From a virus (taxonomy: Duplodnaviria; Caudoviricetes), in IMG/VR virus record IMGVR_UViG_3300031784_000002: a DNA stretch of 64,000 bases. One strand, 5' to 3'. The first letter of the stretch is position 1. Each line of letters begins with the position of its first letter. The position numbers were made by a program, and so were the translations under genes. This document shows positions 1 through 9,026 of the stretch, one piece after another. The notes beneath the pieces are model-generated. The model searched no databases. It was not told where the DNA came from and saw only the letters and a list, made by a program, of their open reading frames with translations.

Positions 1-32
1 ATGGATGAATGGAATGAAACTGGAGACGGCGT

Positions 33-290
33 ATGACCACACGAATTGAACTCAAACCAGTCTGTATTACCTACAGAAAACATGTCATATTCACTCCTAC
101 AGCAGAAATGTTTGAGGATTGGGATGTAGAACCCACACAGGAAGGATTTGAGGAGTATGTAATTCAAGAGTTTCTAGATGAGATGTGGTGGGAGTTGAGT
201 AACAAGAGTGCTAACACTCCTATGGACTATGTTGATCTTGATACTCTAGACGAGAACATTGAGTTTGATTGGGGTGAATATGATGAGTGA
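33..290 (+). CDS. hypothetical phage protein (acidic)
   Basis: ORF; overlaps next ORF in a same-strand operon. Confidence 0.7.
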   Translation: MTTRIELKPVCITYRKHVIFTPTAEMFEDWDVEPTQEGFEEYVIQEFLDEMWWELSNKSANTPMDYVDLDTLDENIEFDWGEYDE

Positions 291-582
291 AGATATGCCT
301 TGGGTGATTGGATTGTCTGATGAGGAAGTCCAAGAACTTCGTAAGAATAAACAAGAACTCACAGAATACGGAAAGAATAAGATCCGAAAACTTTTGGATG
401 AATATTCTAAACAAAACAAGAAACCAACTCTATGGGAAATTATGAGAGACCAACTTGGTTTCTCTATAGATATGTGTGATGAAATTGTAGATGCAGTTGA
501 AGGATGGCTTCCCCCTCAACACGAAACTAACGACTATCAATGGAATAAATGTATTGACTTAATGAAGGAGAAGTTGAGATGA
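280..582 (+). CDS. hypothetical protein
   Basis: ORF, ATG at 280/283 preferred over track start 259. Confidence 0.7.
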   Translation: MMSEDMPWVIGLSDEEVQELRKNKQELTEYGKNKIRKLLDEYSKQNKKPTLWEIMRDQLGFSIDMCDEIVDAVEGWLPPQHETNDYQWNKCIDLMKEKLR

Positions 583-1154
583 CGAATCAAGAAACAATCG
601 AAGAGAATAGAATAACAGCTGCTCAAAGATACTTTAAAAAAGTAGAAGAGTCTTTGCAACGCAGACGAATTCAAACTGAAATTGAAGAAATTGGTGAATA
701 CTCCAACTTACTTGCAAAGACTAATGGAGTAAAGTCTATTGCTAAGTTGAAAGAAAAACATAGAGAAAACCTTTCTTCAGTGGGTAAAGTTTATATTGAA
801 GAATATGAAAAAGAATATGGAAAAATTCCAGAATACGAACGTTGGGTATTCATGGAATCTTCTTATTTTATTCCGGGTGAAGGACACTCGACTTGCCTAT
901 TAGTGACACAAGCTTTACCATGTGATGAAGATTCCCTTGAAGGGACTAATGAAGTGATCACAACGCAAATTGATCGTGCGGTAAGGGAGTTTTTCAAAGA
1001 GTTCGGTACTATGTCTTTGTATAATCTTGGATTTCATGATCGAGAGGGATTTTTTGAAAAATATTCGATTATGATTCCACATGCAGTAATAAAATTCAAA
1101 GACAAGCCGTGCGATTTCACATTCAAACTAAAGTTTCATTATAATTTTCCCTAA
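579..1154 (+). CDS. hypothetical protein
   Basis: 191-aa ORF, ATGA overlap. Confidence 0.75.
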   Translation: MTNQETIEENRITAAQRYFKKVEESLQRRRIQTEIEEIGEYSNLLAKTNGVKSIAKLKEKHRENLSSVGKVYIEEYEKEYGKIPEYERWVFMESSYFIPGEGHSTCLLVTQALPCDEDSLEGTNEVITTQIDRAVREFFKEFGTMSLYNLGFHDREGFFEKYSIMIPHAVIKFKDKPCDFTFKLKFHYNFP

Positions 1155-1460
1155 ATGACCTACAAACTTGATGAAAATGTCAAAGCATTCTCTTACACCC
1201 GTGAAGAGTTGTTTGATTGTATCATGCGAATCGTAGCACATCCACACACCGCTATCACTCAACACGATAAGGCTCGTGCCATGGCAATCTTCCTCACCTT
1301 TGCTGATTATCTTGGCAATTACACTGAGAGTGACAACAACTTTGGTCATGTCATTTATGAGTCTGACTCTACAGATTTCGAGGGGCATGTATTACAGTTG
1401 TTAGGTAAAAATAAGCCAATGGATTTTTATCGCACTGACGCCGATGAGTTACTGAAATGA
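1155..1460 (+). CDS. hypothetical protein
   Basis: ORF abutting upstream stop. Confidence 0.75.
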   Translation: MTYKLDENVKAFSYTREELFDCIMRIVAHPHTAITQHDKARAMAIFLTFADYLGNYTESDNNFGHVIYESDSTDFEGHVLQLLGKNKPMDFYRTDADELLK

Positions 1461-1657
1461 AAGAATGGATTGAAGATGCTTGGTGGTCTTGGGTCAATTG
1501 CATCAACTTTCGATTTGTGAAGTATGGTGATGATATAGATCGTTTTGCCTTCTTCGAAGAACTAAACAACGGTTGGTATCAGATGTATATCTACCCTTAC
1601 GATGATTGGTATCATCCGACTATCTCAGAAGAACGAAAAAAGTTTCTAGGGCCATGA
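1457..1657 (+). CDS. hypothetical protein (Trp-rich)
   Basis: ATGA overlap. Confidence 0.65.
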   Translation: MKEWIEDAWWSWVNCINFRFVKYGDDIDRFAFFEELNNGWYQMYIYPYDDWYHPTISEERKKFLGP

Positions 1658-1706
1658 TTCAAACTGGCACACAAGGGGCGCTGATGCTCTCGATAGGTTG
1701 TATAAT
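1648..1706 (+). promoter_or_regulatory. dyad promoter cassette 1 (degenerate)
   Basis: agggccat-N8-ctggcaca, 29 bp, TATAAT at 1701. Confidence 0.6.
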
Positions 1707-1736
1707 GAAAACAATGAAGGACTGAAACGACTTGCT

Positions 1737-1922
1737 ATGGTTGAAAAAGTAAAGTTTGTAAGTGTCACCCGTGTGATTGATGACCGCAAAGGTATTCATT
1801 ACCTTGATGCTATTGATGAGAATGGGTATCACTGGACTGCTGAAATGGATAACAAACAAGAGAAATGGTTAGTGTATACGAAAGTGTGGACTAAAGACCC
1901 TCAAATGCCGTATGATATATGA
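1737..1922 (+). CDS. hypothetical protein
   Basis: ATG 1737 downstream of cassette 1. Confidence 0.65.
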   Translation: MVEKVKFVSVTRVIDDRKGIHYLDAIDENGYHWTAEMDNKQEKWLVYTKVWTKDPQMPYDI

Positions 1923-2140
1923 AAAACTACCGCATCAAAAAAGTCACAGACGGACACTCAACCAGATACTACCCACAACACAAAAGATTTGGATTGTTCT
2001 GGTATAATCTATTTGTAGACGAATATAGGGATGGTGATTATTCTACATTTGAAGAAGCACAGTGGCACCTTTGTAACTATTTGAGGGAACCTGTGGTAGA
2101 ATACCTTGACTTTGATTGTGATTGTGGAGAACCTCTGTGA
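1919..2140 (+). CDS. hypothetical protein
   Basis: ATGA overlap. Confidence 0.7.
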   Translation: MKNYRIKKVTDGHSTRYYPQHKRFGLFWYNLFVDEYRDGDYSTFEEAQWHLCNYLREPVVEYLDFDCDCGEPL

Positions 2141-2352
2141 CTGAACCTATCAAACTCTGTAAGGATTGTAAGCACTACAAAAGAGATTGGAATGCTCGTT
2201 TTACTGGATTTGGAGATACTTTTGATTTGTGTCTCCATCCTGCTTTGACTGGAAATCTTGTGACTGCAAAAAATAATGGTCGTTATTGTGATAGTATGAG
2301 AAAGTATCACGAATGTGGGATGGACGGAAAACTTTTTGAGGCACGTAAATGA
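2137..2352 (+). CDS. hypothetical Cys-rich protein (CxxC, possible Zn-binding)
   Basis: GTGA overlap; CKDCKHY, CLHP, C..C motifs. Confidence 0.65.
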   Translation: MTEPIKLCKDCKHYKRDWNARFTGFGDTFDLCLHPALTGNLVTAKNNGRYCDSMRKYHECGMDGKLFEARK

Positions 2353-2552
2353 CTGAAGAATTGTATAAAACACAATACCCAGCACTTCAAATCAACAATC
2401 CAAAGCTATCTAACTGGAATTGTTATATGTTCGGCAATCGTCCTGGTGGTGTTGGAATAATGTATACTCCAGAAGAAGGAAGAGTGCCTAATAGGTTTGT
2501 GAGGTTCATGATGAAGATTTGTTTTGATTGCACTTGGGTGGAGAAGAAGTGA
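2349..2552 (+). CDS. hypothetical protein
   Basis: ATGA overlap. Confidence 0.7.
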   Translation: MTEELYKTQYPALQINNPKLSNWNCYMFGNRPGGVGIMYTPEEGRVPNRFVRFMMKICFDCTWVEKK

Positions 2553-2776
2553 ATAAAGAAGAATACTATAAACACATAGAAGAAAACGACACTTACCCAG
2601 AACATTCTCATAAGTGGATTGTGAGAACTTATACTGGTGAGTTGTTCTATCGCAACTTCGGCACATTTGAGACTAAAGAAGAAACAAAAGAGTTTATTGA
2701 GAATTATAAGGTAAAATATACAACCAAAGGATTTATTACAAGATATAGTATTCAAGGAGTTTGTGAGGTATTATGA
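2549..2776 (+). CDS. hypothetical protein
   Basis: GTGA overlap with upstream stop. Confidence 0.65.
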   Translation: MNKEEYYKHIEENDTYPEHSHKWIVRTYTGELFYRNFGTFETKEETKEFIENYKVKYTTKGFITRYSIQGVCEVL

Positions 2777-2834
2777 GGGACACTTGAAGAACTGTCACAG
2801 GGACACTCCAAAGCCCCCTGTGATGCCTTATAAT
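2776..2834 (+). promoter_or_regulatory. dyad promoter cassette 2
   Basis: agggacac-ttgaagaa-ctgtcaca, 29 bp, TATAAT at 2829. Confidence 0.75.
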
Positions 2835-2856
2835 ACACTCATAATCAACCAAACCG

Positions 2857-3048
2857 ATGCCTACTCCCAAAGAAACCTACGAATACGTTGAACAACTGAT
2901 TGATGAAGAACTCAACACTTTGATTGATACAGCATATCTCAACAAAGAAGGTGAAGCACTCGTAAGGTTCAAACAAGACTTCAAAGACCTTTACAAACAT
3001 TTGGAGAACATTCAACAAATGAAAAAATCTTATCTTTCAGGACGATGA
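2857..3048 (+). CDS. hypothetical protein
   Basis: first ORF after cassette 2. Confidence 0.7.
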   Translation: MPTPKETYEYVEQLIDEELNTLIDTAYLNKEGEALVRFKQDFKDLYKHLENIQQMKKSYLSGR

Positions 3049-3290
3049 AACTCTACCAGCACTCCAAACAAACTTATCAGGATGGTGAAGTAGATCACAC
3101 TTGGCAGTTTGGTATCATCAAAAACCGAGCACTACTCTGGGTGAATTTTGAAAGCCCTGGTGGTGTCATTCATTCTTCTGGTGGTATCAACCTCTTGTTT
3201 TCTTTCTTTGGTAATTCTCTTATGAGTGTAGATTTTCAACAACGCAAATTTTGTTTAGCAGTTGCTTTTATTACTGAATACGATGACTGA
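3045..3290 (+). CDS. hypothetical protein
   Basis: ATGA overlap. Confidence 0.7.
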   Translation: MKLYQHSKQTYQDGEVDHTWQFGIIKNRALLWVNFESPGGVIHSSGGINLLFSFFGNSLMSVDFQQRKFCLAVAFITEYDD

Positions 3291-3489
3291 ACGCAATTTC
3301 AAACAAGAACTTGTACACTCCTGTTATTATGACATGGAAGATGGACATGACAGCGAAACAATTGATTATGATTGTTTGATTGGTGTTATCACTGAATTGT
3401 GTGATAGAATAGAACAACTTGAATCTGAAGTCAAGATTCTAAACCGAAAACTTACGGAAGACACATTTGAAGTGATTAAAAATGACTGA
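3283..3489 (+). CDS. hypothetical coiled-coil protein
   Basis: ATG 3283; heptad-like C-terminus. Confidence 0.7.
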   Translation: MTERNFKQELVHSCYYDMEDGHDSETIDYDCLIGVITELCDRIEQLESEVKILNRKLTEDTFEVIKND

Positions 3490-3775
3490 CCCAACCCACG
3501 AAGAAATGCTTGAAGAAGCAGAACGAAGAGAAGCAGCAAACAAAGCAGCATTAGAATCACTTGGAATTGACTACGAATCTTTCGGACAGAAACCTTGGAA
3601 TGAAGGTCATTTGGATTATGAAGCACCGAATGGTGATTACATCAAAAACTATCCACTCATCAATCGGGTGGAGGTAATTGGACCGAATGGACGAGAGTAT
3701 GTTAATTACGAATGCTCTAACATCCAAGTATCAGAACAAGACAACGGACGCACACTTAAGGTATTTCTATCATGA
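3482..3775 (+). CDS. hypothetical protein
   Basis: ORF in operon. Confidence 0.7.
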   Translation: MTDPTHEEMLEEAERREAANKAALESLGIDYESFGQKPWNEGHLDYEAPNGDYIKNYPLINRVEVIGPNGREYVNYECSNIQVSEQDNGRTLKVFLS

Positions 3776-3960
3776 CACGATTTACAGAAAACCCAGACGA
3801 AATCGTGCTGGAAGAAGTGAAGATGTTTCACCTGGAAAGTATGAATGAACGCACCTTATGGGTCGGGGTTTATACTCAAAATGGTAAAACCTATCACTTG
3901 AATATTTCTGCGGATGGTGATAAACTGCGTTATTATTGGAGTGATGAAACCTGTGACTAG
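3772..3960 (+). CDS. hypothetical protein
   Basis: ATGA overlap. Confidence 0.7.
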   Translation: MTRFTENPDEIVLEEVKMFHLESMNERTLWVGVYTQNGKTYHLNISADGDKLRYYWSDETCD

Positions 3961-4144
3961 GCGTGCTCAATATCTTCTAGATGCTTCAATGGAACTCACA
4001 CTTCGTCCACAGAAAGGTGATCGTCAGAGACTGATTGCGTTTATTCTTCGTGAAGTTGCTGATCGATTTTGTACTGATTGGGGAGAACTTGAACATCCTT
4101 ATGATGTGTTGAATAATATAGCTAATGAAGTAGAGTCACTCTAA
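3944..4144 (+). CDS. hypothetical protein
   Basis: ORF; start uncertain (3944/3953). Confidence 0.6.
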   Translation: MKPVTRRAQYLLDASMELTLRPQKGDRQRLIAFILREVADRFCTDWGELEHPYDVLNNIANEVESL

Positions 4145-4374
4145 TGTTTGAAACTGAAAAAACTTGGTATCACGAAAGGGATTGGGATTCGTGTGAAAAA
4201 CTTCGCCACATCCAAGATGCGGAGTATAATACTCTTGTCGCAAAGTCAGAACAGATGCGTGATATTGAAGAGATGAAAAGAGATCTTCGTGATCTTTATG
4301 AACTTGTGAGATATTTGGAAAATAAGTGTGACTTTCTTGAGAGTCAAGTTGAAGAAAACTATTACGACAGATAA
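4144..4374 (+). CDS. hypothetical coiled-coil protein
   Basis: TAATG overlap. Confidence 0.7.
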   Translation: MFETEKTWYHERDWDSCEKLRHIQDAEYNTLVAKSEQMRDIEEMKRDLRDLYELVRYLENKCDFLESQVEENYYDR

Positions 4375-4376
4375 TC

Positions 4377-4541
4377 ATGATTGATGTAAAAGAAAACAAA
4401 GATGGATCACTTGACATCTCATGGGATGAAAATGATCCTCAAGAAAGTATTTTGAACACTTGGACAGAACAAGACTTTATTAAGGCTATCACTGATCGTT
4501 TAGAGGAATTGAAAGTTGGACTTACCGATGTGGATGAATAA
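4377..4541 (+). CDS. small hypothetical protein (MIDVKENKDGSLDISWD...)
   Basis: 54-aa ORF read manually, fills gap. Confidence 0.65.
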   Translation: MIDVKENKDGSLDISWDENDPQESILNTWTEQDFIKAITDRLEELKVGLTDVDE

Positions 4542-4860
4542 GTGGATCATCGGATTTAAACCGATTAAATATACACCATTCTGGTGGTGGTATCGTCTGA
4601 TATCTCATCAAGGATTTCGCTTTGATGATTATCATATGTGGGGGTCTTTCTGGCATTCACTTAATCATGGATGGGAACATATGGAATATGTTTATAAGTT
4701 TGAAGAGTATTGGGGCAAGGGTTCTTATCCACCAGAACGCATTTTCTTAAAAGAAGGAGATTTTGATGCTCTAGTGGAAAGATTATCACTTCCGAGTGAA
4801 TCAACAATGGAAAGTATTAAGAGAATTATGGACCGTAAAGCACCTTGGGATGAAGAATGA
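4534..4860 (+). CDS. hypothetical protein with DUF1778/TacA-like C-terminal segment
   Basis: IFLKEGDFDALVERLSLP...RIMDRKAPWD resembles the DUF1778 C-terminus (by eye). Confidence 0.5.
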   Translation: MNKWIIGFKPIKYTPFWWWYRLISHQGFRFDDYHMWGSFWHSLNHGWEHMEYVYKFEEYWGKGSYPPERIFLKEGDFDALVERLSLPSESTMESIKRIMDRKAPWDEE

Positions 4861-5027
4861 AACGCAACCGTTCTCAAATACCTGAGTTTTACAAAGTCGG
4901 TTATATTTTAGATTATGAACAGAAATGGGCCTGTTACTTTGACTTTAATTGTGCTCAGGAAGCCATGATGAAGATGATTCAACGTGGTATAAATGTCACT
5001 GGAATGGAAACACAAATGATGGTGTGA
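4857..5027 (+). CDS. small hypothetical protein
   Basis: 56-aa ORF read manually; its TGA lies inside the cassette-3 half-site. Confidence 0.6.
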   Translation: MKRNRSQIPEFYKVGYILDYEQKWACYFDFNCAQEAMMKMIQRGINVTGMETQMMV

Positions 5028-5094
5028 CAGTCTTTTGGCTGTCCACTGATCTCGCCGAAGGGGCTCTGATCTTGGTATCTTAGCCATGTTGAGA
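5023..5094 (+). promoter_or_regulatory. dyad promoter cassette 3
   Basis: tgtgacag-N8-ctgtccac, 29 bp, TATCTT(5076)AGCCATGTTGAGA. Confidence 0.85.
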
Positions 5095-5148
5095 CACGGA
5101 TGTGGTCTTGACGCAACACAAACCCCTCTCAAGTAACTTCAAGACAAC

Positions 5149-5532
5149 ATGGCGACTCGTTCTCGCATCGGTGTTCAACTTAAGAATGGCTCTGTCCTTT
5201 CGGTGTATTGTCACTGGGACGGCTATCCTGAGTGGAATGGTAAGAAACTGAAAGAACACTTCAACACTCGTCAGAAAGCTGCAGAGTTGGTTGATGGTGG
5301 TGACATCAGTTCTCTGTGGACTGATAAAGATTGGGACGGTAAAGAACAGGAGTTTGGTACTCTTTACTACGAAGGCCGTGGTGATGTAGATACCGAACCT
5401 AATCTGGACAACTCTTTCCAAGCTTTCATTGGTTCTGTGAACGATTCTTGGTGTGACTACGCTTACCTGTTTACAAATGGTGAGTGGAAGTGTTATACTA
5501 CTAAAGGTAATGAAGAACAAATCCCTGCGTGA
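5149..5532 (+). CDS. conserved phage hypothetical protein (YCHWDGYP motif)
   Basis: MATRSRIG...SVYCHWDGYPEWNG is a pattern widespread in phages. Confidence 0.8.
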   Translation: MATRSRIGVQLKNGSVLSVYCHWDGYPEWNGKKLKEHFNTRQKAAELVDGGDISSLWTDKDWDGKEQEFGTLYYEGRGDVDTEPNLDNSFQAFIGSVNDSWCDYAYLFTNGEWKCYTTKGNEEQIPA

Positions 5533-5533
5533 T

Positions 5534-5674
5534 ATGAAAGACCTCATTCAAGTGAAGTATTACTTCAAAGAACATCCGAACACTACTCTTTCCGTCTTTC
5601 TTAAGACTGTAGAACAAGTGGAGGCTTTCAAAGCCAAACATCCTGACTATGTTTATGTTGGAGAAACTAAATGA
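5534..5674 (+). CDS. small hypothetical protein
   Basis: ATG 5534 preferred. Confidence 0.6.
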   Translation: MKDLIQVKYYFKEHPNTTLSVFLKTVEQVEAFKAKHPDYVYVGETK

Positions 5675-6075
5675 CTCAAGACAACACTATGCGTAACGCC
5701 AGTATCATCGGCGTTTCTTTTCTTCTGTCTCTGTTGATTATCAATGCAGTTGTTGGTCCTCTCTATAATGTGTGGGCCCAATCACTACAAGGTAAAGCAG
5801 AACTGCAAAAGGCAGAGTATACTCGTCAGGTAGCAGTGCTGGAAGCACAAGCAAAGAAAGATTCGGCACAACAACTTGCTGATGCTGAAGTGATCCGTGC
5901 TACTGGTGTCGCTAAGGCAAACCAAATTATTGGTGATAGCCTGAAGGACAACCGTGAGTATCTCCAATACCTGTACATCACTGGTCTTGAAGATGGTAGC
6001 AAGAATGGTAATGTGACCATCTATGTGCCCACCGAAGGTGGAATGCCCGTCCCTACTCTCCAAATGAACAAGTGA
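5671..6075 (+). CDS. membrane-anchored SPFH/prohibitin-like coiled-coil protein
   Basis: N-terminal TM helix; AEA/AK-rich coil; YL.YLYI and IYVPTE tail. Confidence 0.6.
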   Translation: MTQDNTMRNASIIGVSFLLSLLIINAVVGPLYNVWAQSLQGKAELQKAEYTRQVAVLEAQAKKDSAQQLADAEVIRATGVAKANQIIGDSLKDNREYLQYLYITGLEDGSKNGNVTIYVPTEGGMPVPTLQMNK

Positions 6076-6458
6076 TTAAATCTCTGTTGATTTTGACTTC
6101 GCTGGTGTTCACTGCACCAGTATTTGCACAGACCACACCACCAAAACCAAAGGTGTATCGTCCATTTGTGTATGAAACTCCATGTGTACTTGAGGCAGGA
6201 CTTCAAACCTATCCAGATACATGTAAAGTTGTAGAAACTCGTGAGACTGGCGGTGCTCTGCGTACTCGTAACATCTTTTCTAACAAGTTTGGCCTTACTA
6301 TTAAGGGTAGATTTGACAAAGAGAAGGGTTATATGACTTGGGATAGTCATAACAAGTATGAGTATAAGTGGGAGTACAAGGTTGGCGGTAATCAAGAGTC
6401 TGGTTCATGGACTTATGTGATGCCTGGCTTCCTTCTACAAAACGTATCTTGGGACTAA
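6072..6458 (+). CDS. secreted/periplasmic hypothetical protein
   Basis: signal-peptide-like N-terminus (...VFA-QT). Confidence 0.7.
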   Translation: MIKSLLILTSLVFTAPVFAQTTPPKPKVYRPFVYETPCVLEAGLQTYPDTCKVVETRETGGALRTRNIFSNKFGLTIKGRFDKEKGYMTWDSHNKYEYKWEYKVGGNQESGSWTYVMPGFLLQNVSWD

Positions 6459-6461
6459 ATA
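6454..6461 (+). promoter_or_regulatory. T4-like late promoter
   Basis: ACTAAATA 19 bp upstream of the acetyltransferase ATG. Confidence 0.55.
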
Positions 6462-6480
6462 CTGAATTTCGGGGACTCAA

Positions 6481-7101
6481 ATGTTCATCAAAAATAATAA
6501 ACCAGTTAAAATAATTGGATTTCCCGAATCTTCAATCACTCAACAATACTTTGAAGTTTTCAATAAGGAAGGATTGAAAGATATTTCTATAATCACTCCC
6601 AAAGACTTCAAAGCTTTAATTTCAAAAGATAACTATCAATACATTATTGCTTTCTATCTTGACATGGATCTTAGAAAAGAGGTCTGTGATTTATTAGATA
6701 ATCTTAATCTAGATTGTTTAACATACATAGATGATTCGGTTTACATGTTCTCCTCTTCCAAAATTGGAAGGGGATCTTTTATTGGTCATTTGTGTGAGAT
6801 TTGTTGGAATGCTTCAGTAGGCGATCATTGTTATTTTGATAACCAATCTGGTATTGGTCATGATGTTATCCTAGGTAGAAATAGTATCATTAGTTCAAGA
6901 GTTTATGTTGGTGGGAGAACAAAAATAGGAGAAAACTGTAAGTTCTTTTTGAATGGAACAGTTATGAATAACTTAAACATTTGTGATAATGTAATTTTAT
7001 GCACACACAGTAACATAACAAAAGACATCACAATTCCTGGGAAGTATGTTGGTAGAAATGCAAGACTTATGAAATCTGAAGAGTCCGATAAGGATCTCTG
7101 A
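6481..7101 (+). CDS. NeuD/PglD-family sugar O/N-acetyltransferase (hexapeptide repeat)
   Basis: N-terminal Rossmann-like part, left-handed beta-helix repeats, IGHD catalytic motif. Confidence 0.8.
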   Translation: MFIKNNKPVKIIGFPESSITQQYFEVFNKEGLKDISIITPKDFKALISKDNYQYIIAFYLDMDLRKEVCDLLDNLNLDCLTYIDDSVYMFSSSKIGRGSFIGHLCEICWNASVGDHCYFDNQSGIGHDVILGRNSIISSRVYVGGRTKIGENCKFFLNGTVMNNLNICDNVILCTHSNITKDITIPGKYVGRNARLMKSEESDKDL

Positions 7102-7103
7102 TC
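7088..7103 (+). repeat. 16-bp direct repeat ATAAGGATCTCTGATC (copy 1)
   Basis: identical copy at 9001-9016. Confidence 0.85.
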
Positions 7104-7113
7104 GGTCAGCCCC

Positions 7114-7142
7114 TTGACTCTCCCCCGAATCCACAGTATTTT
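7114..7142 (+). promoter_or_regulatory. host-like sigma70 promoter
   Basis: TTGACT-17-TATTTT. Confidence 0.7.
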
Positions 7143-7165
7143 GGCCTTGTTCAACTGATTCACCC

Positions 7166-7312
7166 ATGAACGACGATTTCAACTACGATTCCTTTGATGA
7201 GAACGATCTTTATCAATCCATGATGGAAACTGGTCCTGAAGATTGGCTTCCTGATTCTGGTATTCGAGAGGAGTTTGATCGTGAAACTCTTGCACTTCTA
7301 AAGAACTTCTGA
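7166..7312 (+). CDS. small acidic hypothetical protein
   Basis: 48-aa ORF read manually. Confidence 0.6.
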   Translation: MNDDFNYDSFDENDLYQSMMETGPEDWLPDSGIREEFDRETLALLKNF

Positions 7313-7818
7313 TGAAAGAAGTTGTAAGACATTCTTACAAAGATGGAGAAATCTCTGAGACTCGTACTCTGAGGTTTCTCCCGTTTTATTATAACCAAGA
7401 GATTGCGGAGTCAATGATGATGATTATTCGCAATCATCTGACTCCAGATCTTCTCACTAAAAAATATCGGGAAGAAAATGTAAAGAACCCGATGTATGGT
7501 CATTGTTACCATTCAACTCAGGCCCTATTCTATCTCTTGGATCCTCATGATTTGATTCCAATGAGCGGGATAGATTACAGAGGTGATACACATTGGTGGT
7601 TGTATGATGACCGAGGAGTTACCTACGACACCACAGCTGATCAGTATTACTCTGTGGGTCAAGTTCCGCCCTACGATGTAGGTAAGAGAACACAATGGTA
7701 TGGTTGGAAACAACGACCACACCAAAGATCACTGGACTTAATTATGCGAGTCCTTTATGCTTGTAACATTGAGTATTGTTACGAAACCCTCAAACCTCAG
7801 ACAGGGCCCTTGACATAG
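7312..7818 (+). CDS. YunG/transglutaminase-like Cys-His-Asp fold protein (putative)
   Basis: GHCYHST...THWWL...YDTTADQY motif spacing. Confidence 0.5.
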   Translation: MKEVVRHSYKDGEISETRTLRFLPFYYNQEIAESMMMIIRNHLTPDLLTKKYREENVKNPMYGHCYHSTQALFYLLDPHDLIPMSGIDYRGDTHWWLYDDRGVTYDTTADQYYSVGQVPPYDVGKRTQWYGWKQRPHQRSLDLIMRVLYACNIEYCYETLKPQTGPLT

Positions 7819-7838
7819 TTCTTTGTCTGATGTATTCT
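7810..7838 (+). promoter_or_regulatory. host-like sigma70 promoter
   Basis: TTGACA-17-TATTCT. Confidence 0.8.
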
Positions 7839-7908
7839 GGCCTCATGAGATAAATGCCTCTGGCAAACAAAATCTCATCACCAACTGCTCTTAGCAAAAA
7901 CAAACACT

Positions 7909-8997
7909 ATGAAAAAACGCATTATTTTTGGCAAGGAAATTGACCTTGCTGAGTACGAAAAGAATTGGTCTAAAGAAGAGATTGAATCCAAGTTTAATGG
8001 AGAGTTTGTAGACTTCAGCTTCATTAACTTGGCTAAGAAAAACCCAGATGATCCTGAGTTTGCCAATGCTGGTGTTAGGTGTGAACAGAACTCTAACAAT
8101 AGTGTTCTTGACATGCAAGTTTCATACCAACTCCGAGGTTGGGACACTAAGGATCTCCCCCCAGTTGTCCGAGTTACTGACAACGAGTTTGAGGATGGCC
8201 GTACTCGGGCTCTTGCAGCTATGGCTGAGAACGAACCTTTCCTTCCTGTTGTTCGTATCCGACCAAAAGAGAACACCAAAGCTTGCTCTTTTGCTAACGG
8301 ACTTCTGCTGAACAACTTTCCTCCCCGTCGCAAAGTAGTCCAAGAAGACTTCATTGTTGCTGGTGCTGAATTGGTTCGGATTGGTGAACTTCAACGAGAC
8401 ATCACTGCGATTGAAGACTGGCTCATCAAGATGTGCAAAATTGATGAGGTTTATCCTAACAATGCTGGTGGTGCATTTACGAAGATTGTCAACGCAATCT
8501 ATAACCGCACCGAGAATGGTGGTGATCCTATTGTTCGCAAGATGGATCGTGAAGAATGGTTGAAGTGGTTGTCTACTTCTCCCGACATGAAAGATGAGTC
8601 GGGCAATCGTATTGATCCCTTTGTGCAACTGGATCATGACCCAGATTTTGTTCTCTATGATGCTCCGAGTTCCACCAACGAAGCACGACTTCTGAGGAAA
8701 CTTCTTGAGAATGGTTCTAAGGGTCGTCACACTTACATTGTGTTGTATTCTGCAAAAGAAAACACTCATGAGGTTCTGAAACTGGGCTTTAAGTCTTTTG
8801 TTACCACTACCGAAACCCAACATTCTTCTATCATTCGGTATTCTCAGGCATCCATTGGTCTTGATGGTATTGATCTGACTAAGATGCCTAATGAAAAGAT
8901 GTTCACTTTCTTGGGTGTTGTTCCTATCCTGTTTGATGGGAATGGTCACGAAGCTGCTTTTAAAGCTCATCGTATCCTTCCTATTGATAAGTTCTGA
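7909..8997 (+). CDS. ParB/Srx-like N-terminal domain protein
   Basis: PPVVRV...EDGRTRALA (GxxRxxA)...LPVVRI. Confidence 0.6.
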   Translation: MKKRIIFGKEIDLAEYEKNWSKEEIESKFNGEFVDFSFINLAKKNPDDPEFANAGVRCEQNSNNSVLDMQVSYQLRGWDTKDLPPVVRVTDNEFEDGRTRALAAMAENEPFLPVVRIRPKENTKACSFANGLLLNNFPPRRKVVQEDFIVAGAELVRIGELQRDITAIEDWLIKMCKIDEVYPNNAGGAFTKIVNAIYNRTENGGDPIVRKMDREEWLKWLSTSPDMKDESGNRIDPFVQLDHDPDFVLYDAPSSTNEARLLRKLLENGSKGRHTYIVLYSAKENTHEVLKLGFKSFVTTTETQHSSIIRYSQASIGLDGIDLTKMPNEKMFTFLGVVPILFDGNGHEAAFKAHRILPIDKF

Positions 8998-9000
8998 CCC

Positions 9001-9016
9001 ATAAGGATCTCTGATC
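9001..9016 (+). repeat. 16-bp direct repeat ATAAGGATCTCTGATC (copy 2)
   Basis: identical to 7088-7103. Confidence 0.85.
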
Positions 9017-9026
9017 AATGGCCCCA

